A stretch of DNA of 32,000 nt. Source: an uncultured Candidatus Saccharibacteria bacterium (GTDB taxonomy: Bacteria > Patescibacteriota > UBA1384 > XYA2-FULL-43-10 > 1-14-0-10-43-13). This document shows, piece by piece, positions 25,027 through 32,000 of this stretch. The notes below the pieces were generated by a model. It was not told the origin of the DNA and made no database searches. It saw nothing but the letters and a program-made list of their open reading frames with translations. The position numbers and the translations under genes are program-made. The stretch's first letter is position 1, and the number at the start of each line of letters is the position of its first letter. The DNA lies in NCBI GenBank assembly GCA_964543385.1, contig CAZIYE010000001.1, forward strand, positions 510,001 to 542,000. The letters are read 5' to 3'.

Positions 25027-26982
25027 ACCCTTTTCAAAGATCTCTATATTATTATCCTCCCAATATGGTTTGTAGGTGCTAAACTCTGAGGTCTTTTTAA
25101 TTTTTTGAACCTCTTCAGTGTGTCTTTCTTTTGCTTCGGTTTGCTCTTGTGTAAAGGCGCGGAAGTTTTTATCAATAGCAGACGCTTGCTGTGAGAGGAC
25201 GGGGTCAACCGTCATTAAATGTTTTTCTAGCACCACGAAACATATATCCTTTTTGCATGTCTCTTGCATCGCGCTCTCTGCAAGAATTTTTATTGTAATT
25301 TTGTCCGAGAGAACGCTTAAACGCTTGTCAGAGGCTATTATATTTACAGACGATTCGGGCGATTTTTGGATGACATCTTTAATAATTTTATATGGTTCGG
25401 TGTAATACGGCCGGTAATAAATTGGTGGTTTGATAATGCCTACAATACCCATAACGGCTATTATGGGCAGAATGATTTTCTTACCATCGATTCTTTTAGA
25501 GATAAGATAATCGATAATGAAGGCAAGACCGATTGAGGTTAAAAGCATCAAGTACCAGCCGCTTCTGCCCCTATATGTGCTAATTTCTAAAACCCCCAAT
25601 TGGGTCGATATACCAAAGACAAAGCTAAATACCGATATGGTAAAAAGAATCATATTATTCTTTTTTATAGATAATGGTATGAGAATCAAAGATAGCGCAA
25701 TCCATAAATAGGCACCGAGGGAGAATATATCGTTTGGTGGTCGAACATTTTTTATCATGAACGCATTCCATGCGATATTAGACATTGGGGTTATGTATTG
25801 TATAAATATATCCTTTTGTTTGAGGTTTTTAATAAAATCATCTATTTTTGTTCTTGCAGAGTGATTTTGAGAAGTATTATTAGATGAAGAATCCACACCT
25901 TGATTATTGGAAGAAATAGCAGATGCCTGATAATTGTCTGTCTTGATTATTTCACCGTTATCGAGATAGGTTAGCTCCATCGCCGGAAAGCTGGTTGCTC
26001 TTTTAAGCACTTTCGTTTGAAGATATACATGGCCAAACGCGATGGCAAATCCAATGATGGAAATTATCATTATTGTTAGTAAATGGTTGACATAATTATT
26101 TTTTAAATACTTTTTGAAAAGCAGAGCAATTAGAAATAATACAACCAATGCCGGTAAATATTGAATGTATAGATAAGGCAATGTTAAAGATAAAGCAGCG
26201 GTGATAGTAGCAAAAACAACAAACAATTTTATTTGGGACACAATTTTTGAATTATTGGCAATAATAAAAATTAGAGCAGGTAGAAATATAAAGGATAGTG
26301 AAGTCGAGAAAAATCCAATTTCTTGTAGAAAAAGCTGGTTGAATATTGGCAAGCAGAGAATCAGCAGGAGAATATATCGTGAATAGCGACTTATAAATGT
26401 TTCTTTTAATAATAAAAATAAAGAAATGGAGGTAATAACTCCTATCACTGGTCCTGCGAACCGGTATATCTCAGAGGTATTTGCAAAAAATGTTAATGGG
26501 AAAACAAAAAGATGAAATCCTGGGGCATATTGAGGAAAACTTAAGACCCCGTCCTTTATTAGATCTTTTAAAAATACCAGATGGTTATAAGTGTCAATTT
26601 CGCCCGGAGCAACAGTGGTAAACGAATCAGAGAATCGATTATAAATAATCACACAGAAAAGGATAATCGGAACAATGCAAGCTATGATACTTTGCTTTTT
26701 GAATATGCTCCCTGATGAGCCCTTTGACTTTAAACGCCAAAACGACCAAATATTCGCTCCTAGTACTATTAGGATATAAACTAATGGATAATATTTAGTA
26801 AGCCCCAAACAATAAAATATGTAGCCAAATATTATTTGAAAAGATATTGAAACCGGAATAACAAATTTTGGCGCTAGTTTATTGCCTATTAATATATTCA
26901 GAGGAAGAAATAAGGCAAAACTACTAATTGTAAGAATAAATGCAATTCTGAAAATTGCATTTAGGTCTGACCAGTCGATCAT
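25015..26982 (-). CDS. Polytopic membrane protein (possible GT-C-type glycosyltransferase or polysaccharide-modifying protein)
   Basis: 655 aa, >10 predicted hydrophobic segments, long extracytoplasmic segments and C-terminal soluble region; convergent 12-nt overlap with the upstream GT fusion, 1-nt overlap with 26982-28133. Confidence 0.8.
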   Translation of the reverse strand: MIDWSDLNAIFRIAFILTISSFALFLPLNILIGNKLAPKFVIPVSISFQIIFGYIFYCLGLTKYYPLVYILIVLGANIWSFWRLKSKGSSGSIFKKQSIIACIVPIILFCVIIYNRFSDSFTTVAPGEIDTYNHLVFLKDLIKDGVLSFPQYAPGFHLFVFPLTFFANTSEIYRFAGPVIGVITSISLFLLLKETFISRYSRYILLLILCLPIFNQLFLQEIGFFSTSLSFIFLPALIFIIANNSKIVSQIKLFVVFATITAALSLTLPYLYIQYLPALVVLFLIALLFKKYLKNNYVNHLLTIMIISIIGFAIAFGHVYLQTKVLKRATSFPAMELTYLDNGEIIKTDNYQASAISSNNQGVDSSSNNTSQNHSARTKIDDFIKNLKQKDIFIQYITPMSNIAWNAFMIKNVRPPNDIFSLGAYLWIALSLILIPLSIKKNNMILFTISVFSFVFGISTQLGVLEISTYRGRSGWYLMLLTSIGLAFIIDYLISKRIDGKKIILPIIAVMGIVGIIKPPIYYRPYYTEPYKIIKDVIQKSPESSVNIIASDKRLSVLSDKITIKILAESAMQETCKKDICFVVLEKHLMTVDPVLSQQASAIDKNFRAFTQEQTEAKERHTEEVQKIKKTSEFSTYKPYWEDNNIEIFEKGLYK

Positions 26983-28133
26983 CAGATAATCCCTTTGTAA
27001 ATATTTATTATTGATTTAGTAATCACTGGCAATTCAAATAAGGACAGTATGCCAGAGCAGTTCTCAGATAATTTATATCTCATTTTGTATGTTAATTCTA
27101 GACTTAACGCACACTTTGCTGAGCTTTCCGTATCTTCCATGATAATTCCACAGCCGGCATTTTTTACTTGATCTGCTATGCCGATATTTTTAGATAAACA
27201 GCATGGCAGGCCGTGTTGTAATGCCTCCAATGTGGCGACTGAGAACGATTCATAATCAGAAAAAAGTGCAAAGATGTCAGACCGGCCAAAAATTTCTTCC
27301 TTCTGTCTATCACTTACCATACCTGTGAATTCTATCTTATCGCTAATCTTTAATTCTGCTGCCAACCCAACTAGTTTTACAAGGTTTCCATTTTCGTCAG
27401 GACCAGCTATCACGAGTCTATAAGAATCATCCCTTTTTAGGAGTTCGCCGAAGGCTTTGATTAGCTTATCGATTGCTTTGATAAAGCTAAGTCTTCCAAG
27501 ATATAGGATAACTTTTTCATTCTTTTCTTTGATAATGTTTTTAGATTTTGTTTCATAATGCTCAATCGGATTTGGCACCACTTCTATCTTTTTGCTTATA
27601 TCGGGCAAGTATTGGCTCAATATATCTTTTTCTCGAGTGGAAACAACAATGATTTTTGCTGCATCCCTGAGAATATTTTTCCCAAAGAAAAAATTAAACA
27701 TGACCTTAATTATTCTCTTCCCAAGTAGTGGGTGCGGTACTGGCATCTCATGAAGATGAATTATATAAGGGATTTTCTTGGTTTTACACAATCGGCGGAT
27801 TACAATATTTTGGTATGTGAAAAAAGAATGGCAGTGGACCAAGTCATAATTAACAATTTCCTTTTTTGCATAACCATAAAAGCCCAATGGAGTAAACACG
27901 TTATATCCATGCGTAAGGCTAGGAAGCAAATTCCTGAAACGTTTGACGGATATATTGTCTAAGACTTCACACAATCTTGTGATCGGTTTATTCTGATCGG
28001 CAGCATCTGTGGTCCAGACCGTCACCTGATTACCTTCATTTATCAACTCTTTTGATATCTGATAACAAACTTTTACAGGCCCACCAAAGCTCCAAGAGGG
28101 TGCAAAGTAAGGTATTACTTGTAGTATTTTCAT
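26982..28133 (-). CDS. Glycosyltransferase, GT4 family
   Basis: Tracked ORF extends to 28190, but the natural family start is the ATG at 28133 (MKILQVIPYFAPSWSFGGPVKVCYQISKELINEGNQVTVWTTD); ILYLGRLSFIKAIDKLIKAFGEL, FGRSDIFALFSDYESFSVATLEALQHGLPCCLS. Confidence 0.92.
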   Translation of the reverse strand: MKILQVIPYFAPSWSFGGPVKVCYQISKELINEGNQVTVWTTDAADQNKPITRLCEVLDNISVKRFRNLLPSLTHGYNVFTPLGFYGYAKKEIVNYDLVHCHSFFTYQNIVIRRLCKTKKIPYIIHLHEMPVPHPLLGKRIIKVMFNFFFGKNILRDAAKIIVVSTREKDILSQYLPDISKKIEVVPNPIEHYETKSKNIIKEKNEKVILYLGRLSFIKAIDKLIKAFGELLKRDDSYRLVIAGPDENGNLVKLVGLAAELKISDKIEFTGMVSDRQKEEIFGRSDIFALFSDYESFSVATLEALQHGLPCCLSKNIGIADQVKNAGCGIIMEDTESSAKCALSLELTYKMRYKLSENCSGILSLFELPVITKSIINIYKGII

Positions 28134-28202
28134 TCGACTGTGTATAATATTAATACTAATGAACCTATAATACATCAAATTTAATTTCACGAGTAGACCA
28201 CA

Positions 28203-29387
28203 ATGAATATTTTATTTATCCACGAGACTGAATACATAAAGAAAGTTGTGTTTGAATTTCAGATAATTCCTGAAATTCTTGCATCAAGGGGGCACAATGT
28301 TTATATGGTTGATTACCCAATGTGCTGGGATAAAAAAGGACCTTTTGATATTGGATCTTTCAAAACTCAATATTTGACTGACGTCAGAAAGGCAGGCAAG
28401 AAAAAAGGCATCACTCTCATCCGGCCAGGGATTATAAAAATTCCGATTATTAGCCGACTTATAGCCTTCGTTTCTTACTTTTTCGTTATCAGAGACGCTA
28501 TTGTGAAATATAAAATTGATAAAATAGTCCTTTATTCTGCACCAACAAATGGGATCCAAACAATTTTTTGGGCAAAAAGATACAAGATACCAGTGCATTT
28601 TCGTCTCTTGGACGTTTTGCATCAACTTGTTCCATCGAAACTCCTCTCATTGCCAACATATTTAATAGAAAGATATGTATACAAGAGAGTCTCTGAAATT
28701 ACCGCCATCACCCCTATGCTAACAAAATATGCGATTGAGATGGGAGGGGATCCAAAAACAACAAGTTATCTTCCCTCGGGCTCAGATCTTGACCTTTTTT
28801 ATCCTGAGGAAAAAGATATAGAACTTTTGAAAAAGTATGAGATAAAAACGACAGACCAAGTCATCCTATTCGCAGGCACATTGTTTGATTTCTCTGGCCT
28901 GGATGTAATCATTAGATATATGGCTGAAAATAAGAATATAGCTGAAGATATAAAATTTTTGATAGTGGGACATGGGCAGCAATCGGGATTATTGAAGAAA
29001 CTGATAAAAGAAAATAATCTTGAGCAGAGAATAATTTTGACTGGATTTATAGACTATGCGAAATTAGCGAAGTATATAAATTTAGCAGACGTCTGCATCA
29101 ATCCTTTTCAGATTAATAAAATTACCAACATAATATTTCCAGGAAAGATTTATCAATATATGGCTTGTGAAAAGCCCGTAATAGCAACCAGACTAGCAGG
29201 GGTCATCGATATATTTCCAGATAATGCCGGCAAAAATAATATTTTTTACTTTGACCTAAATAATCCAAAAGAATTTTTTGATATTGCTAAGAAAATAGGC
29301 AAAACAAAAATAAAGGATGTAAACCCTTCCCTGCAGGAGATTTCAAATATTCTTTATGAGAAACTTGAGAAACTAAAGCTATCTTAA
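28203..29387 (+). CDS. Glycosyltransferase, GT4-like
   Basis: 394 aa; NILFIHETEYIKKVVFEFQIIPEILASRGHNVYMVDYP, VILFAGTLFDFSGLDVIIRYMAEN, LADVCINPFQINKITNIIFPGKIYQYMACEKPVIATRLAGVIDIFPD. Confidence 0.88.
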   Translation: MNILFIHETEYIKKVVFEFQIIPEILASRGHNVYMVDYPMCWDKKGPFDIGSFKTQYLTDVRKAGKKKGITLIRPGIIKIPIISRLIAFVSYFFVIRDAIVKYKIDKIVLYSAPTNGIQTIFWAKRYKIPVHFRLLDVLHQLVPSKLLSLPTYLIERYVYKRVSEITAITPMLTKYAIEMGGDPKTTSYLPSGSDLDLFYPEEKDIELLKKYEIKTTDQVILFAGTLFDFSGLDVIIRYMAENKNIAEDIKFLIVGHGQQSGLLKKLIKENNLEQRIILTGFIDYAKLAKYINLADVCINPFQINKITNIIFPGKIYQYMACEKPVIATRLAGVIDIFPDNAGKNNIFYFDLNNPKEFFDIAKKIGKTKIKDVNPSLQEISNILYEKLEKLKLS

Positions 29388-29390
29388 TCT

Positions 29391-29723
29391 TTACTCTATA
29401 TCTCTTAGGCCTAGCTTCATGACTAACTGATGGAGCTGTTGTTCTATTCTATTGGCCTTTGTATAAACTCGATATGTAATAAAAAGTAAAAAGACAAACG
29501 CTGCTCCAATAAAGGTATTTACTCCGTTGCCTTGCGATCCTACGAGCTGATTGAATTTTTCGATCAGGGTTGGGAAGACTGAAAGTGTGATAACAGATCC
29601 CCATGTTATCAGCCAGAAAACAAACATTGTCAGACTCTCTTTTTCTTTGCGAAAATCCAAAAAAGTTTTTGATATTACGATTAAGCCCAATGCAATTGAT
29701 AGAACTTTAGCTAAAATTATCAT
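29391..29723 (-). CDS. DUF2304-like small membrane protein
   Basis: 110 aa; ILAKVLSIALGLIVISKTFLDFRKEKESLTMFVFWLITWGSVITLSVFPTLIEKF; overlaps the following GT2 by 4 nt, the usual DUF2304/DPM1-like pairing. Confidence 0.85.
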   Translation of the reverse strand: MIILAKVLSIALGLIVISKTFLDFRKEKESLTMFVFWLITWGSVITLSVFPTLIEKFNQLVGSQGNGVNTFIGAAFVFLLFITYRVYTKANRIEQQLHQLVMKLGLRDIE

Positions 29724-30409
29724 TTTTTGCCTGTTATTTTAATGCTGATGATTTTTGTTAAAATGTTAACTGCATTTAACCAATTTTGACCGGTTGCCCT
29801 TGAGTAATCAGTATATATAACTTTAATCGGAACCTCAATCATTTTTAGGTTATTCCTTTTTATCTCGCCGATCATCTCGGAGCATATTTCATAGCCAATA
29901 GAATGAAAACACATTTTTCTGATAGCTTTTTTATCAAAAGCTCTCATTCCTGATTGTGAGTCGGATGACCATTTATGAAAAACTATTACGGTAATAAAAT
30001 TCATTACCCAGTTCCCGAATATCTTTATGAAGGGCATTCCCTTAGGACTTCTCATTCTGGTTCCTATAACAACGTCTGCTCTTTTCTCTAGGATTGGGGA
30101 TATAATCTTTTCAATGTCGTTGGGGCTGTGTTGGCCATCAGCATCGACTGTTATGATAATATCGGCAGCCAATTTTTTGGCAGCTCCAAACCCTGTTTGT
30201 ATTGCTGCACCTACACCTAAATTGATGATGTGATGCAATACGTGCTTAGTATTACTTTTGGCTACATCATAAGTTTTGTCAGTAGAGCCATCATCAACGA
30301 CTAAAGTGACTATCTCGTCGATACCTTTAATTTTTTTTGGTAGTCCTCTTAAGACCTCACCAATCACTTTTTCCTCGTTATAAGCGGGGATTATTATCGC
30401 TAGTCTCAT
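29720..30409 (-). CDS. DPM1/DPG-synthase-like polyprenyl-phosphate glycosyltransferase (GT2)
   Basis: 229 aa; RLAIIIPAYNEEKVIGEVLRGLP, VTLVVDDGSTDKTYDVAK, GAAIQTGFGAAKKLAADIIITVDADGQHSPNDIEKII. Confidence 0.95.
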   Translation of the reverse strand: MRLAIIIPAYNEEKVIGEVLRGLPKKIKGIDEIVTLVVDDGSTDKTYDVAKSNTKHVLHHIINLGVGAAIQTGFGAAKKLAADIIITVDADGQHSPNDIEKIISPILEKRADVVIGTRMRSPKGMPFIKIFGNWVMNFITVIVFHKWSSDSQSGMRAFDKKAIRKMCFHSIGYEICSEMIGEIKRNNLKMIEVPIKVIYTDYSRATGQNWLNAVNILTKIISIKITGKK

Positions 30410-30539
30410 ATAGTTATATTTTCAGTTAAGTTTCAATATAAGGACAAGGTTCATCCAAGAACCGATTGTCGCCGCAATCGTATCAAAAACAGTCATAATC
30501 AGCAAGGCGAAATTCTATTTTTGGCCTCTTTTTGATATT

Positions 30540-31958
30540 ATGTTCTTGATGGAATTAAAAGTCAAAAATTTGTTTACTTCAAAAATAGGTCAGGTATGTC
30601 TATATCTGTTGGCGATAATTATATTGGGAGTTATCTGTTTTCAGTATGCAGGAGTCGCCCATTTTCCAACCGGTGATGATCCGGCAGTGCATATACGCTA
30701 TGCCAAAACTCTTTCTATCAGAGAAATATATTCAACTCTTCCTTATCCAATCCCTCTTAGCATTTTTAAATCAATACACGAACTAACCTCCATAGAATAT
30801 CCCCGTCTATTTACTCTCACTATCTCTACTTTTCTGCTATTTTCGTCTATCTGCATATTCATCTTAACTAGAAAAATATCCAAGTCGGGATTCATGGCCT
30901 TCATTGCGGCTGCGATCTTTGCAACTGGGGGTTGGGTGACTGACGGGCTTCGCATGGGTCTTCTCGCTGAGTCATTTGGTTGGGGCATGCTTGCTCTGAC
31001 TCTTTATTTCCTTGCGAGTCAAAACATTGTTTTCACTCTAGTATTTAGTGGACTACTAGCATTATCACATCCGTTTTCCTTCTCGGTATTTATTTTTGTG
31101 GCCATATTATATGTGCTTACAACTATATTTAGCAAAGACAAAAAAGAGCACAATTTTTCAATAACCATATCGTTGATTTATTTACTTTTCGCAATATTAA
31201 TATGGTTATTTGATAAAGAATTGATTCTTAAATTTGTTGACTTTATAAATCCCGAGAGAGCAGGTTGGGGCGAAAGAAAACTTTGGGAGATTGTCACAAC
31301 TTATGACCCAAAGAGGATCGTAATTGGATTTATGGCTCTGATTGGGGTAATGTCCAATATCAAAAGCTGGGGAAAGCCAGCCATTAAAGTTATATACATC
31401 CTTCTCTTTGTTGGGTTGTTTATGTCTATGAACCAAATCTTTGGTATTAGATTCCTTGTTTTTCGTTTCTTCCCATATTTAGAGATGGCGATTGCTGTTT
31501 TTGCGGCGCTTGGTCTTGTCGCCTTCGTGGAGAGACTACAAATTGTTAAATACAAGAATATAGCAATAATATTATTGGCTATCTTGGCTCTGACGCCCCA
31601 TTACATTAATAACGGAAAGGCTGTCCAAAATCAGGTTACAGATATTAGTCTAAACGATAGTATGACGGCAGGGGACCAAATAGCAATCAAATGGATTGAT
31701 CAAAATGTATCGAAAGATGCTTCTATTGTAGCTACGCGCAAAAGATTACTTTGGATCAGCGCTCTAACTGGAAACAAAAACACCCAAGAAGATATCACGC
31801 CTTTCGATTTAGCTGCTACAAAGAAACTGTATGATTCGGGAAACGGTTTCGCCTATGACTATTTCTATTATTCAGAGGTTGATACTATTCCTGATGAGAT
31901 AAAAAATAATTTCGACCTCATTTACAACAAAATGGGGGTTAGGTTATATAAAAGATGA
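30540..31958 (+). CDS. Polytopic membrane protein (possible GT-C-fold transferase)
   Basis: 472 aa; N-terminal TM then PTGDDPAVHIRYAKTLSIREIYSTLPYP (first-loop acidic pair typical of GT-C-like folds), about 10 TMs, soluble C-terminus KWIDQNVSKDASIVATRKRLLWISALTGNKN. Confidence 0.8.
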   Translation: MFLMELKVKNLFTSKIGQVCLYLLAIIILGVICFQYAGVAHFPTGDDPAVHIRYAKTLSIREIYSTLPYPIPLSIFKSIHELTSIEYPRLFTLTISTFLLFSSICIFILTRKISKSGFMAFIAAAIFATGGWVTDGLRMGLLAESFGWGMLALTLYFLASQNIVFTLVFSGLLALSHPFSFSVFIFVAILYVLTTIFSKDKKEHNFSITISLIYLLFAILIWLFDKELILKFVDFINPERAGWGERKLWEIVTTYDPKRIVIGFMALIGVMSNIKSWGKPAIKVIYILLFVGLFMSMNQIFGIRFLVFRFFPYLEMAIAVFAALGLVAFVERLQIVKYKNIAIILLAILALTPHYINNGKAVQNQVTDISLNDSMTAGDQIAIKWIDQNVSKDASIVATRKRLLWISALTGNKNTQEDITPFDLAATKKLYDSGNGFAYDYFYYSEVDTIPDEIKNNFDLIYNKMGVRLYKR

Positions 31959-32000
31959 AACAATTTGGAAATAAAATTTGGTGGTTGATCTTAATATATC

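Noticed and set aside
29385-29415. Another heptad array near TTACTCTATATCTCTTAGG
   Set aside because: Only one or two loosely matching units and no consistent 7-bp register; likely chance.

Overview
This 32 kb window looks like a chromosomal segment from a small-genome bacterium. I infer Candidate Phyla Radiation/Patescibacteria from gene content and style; this is not proven. It splits into three parts. (1) At 1-11.8 kb: a truncated large membrane-anchored protein, a TPR protein, UppP, a PAP2 phosphatase, a tyrosine recombinase, a MurE-like ligase plus FemAB-like transferase operon, TsaD, a DedA protein, a Phd/YefM antitoxin-like protein with a long Pro/Thr tail, GtrA, and two small S23/'four-helix-bundle' ORFs. 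(2) At 12.0-13.8 kb: an exported protein with a C-terminal lectin/CBM-like domain, followed by a perfect 17-bp terminator hairpin. (3) At 13.9-32 kb: a surface-polysaccharide locus with a Wzm/Wzt ABC exporter, a triple-domain 905-aa glycosyltransferase, several other glycosyltransferases including a GT2-GT4 fusion, a three-gene nucleotide-sugar cassette predicted to make UDP-L-QuiNAc or UDP-L-FucNAc, two multi-TM membrane proteins, and a DPM1-like GT with its DUF2304 partner. The most unusual signal is a set of degenerate 7-bp-period tandem arrays. Both four-helix-bundle ORFs are bracketed by such arrays in inverted orientation. Solitary arrays of the same kind as the first pair are translated in frame inside tsaD and the FemAB-like gene. 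Together these resemble a REP/RAYT-like or MITE-like dispersed element family and are the best candidate for an undescribed system here. No tRNA, rRNA, CRISPR array or intact transposase was seen.
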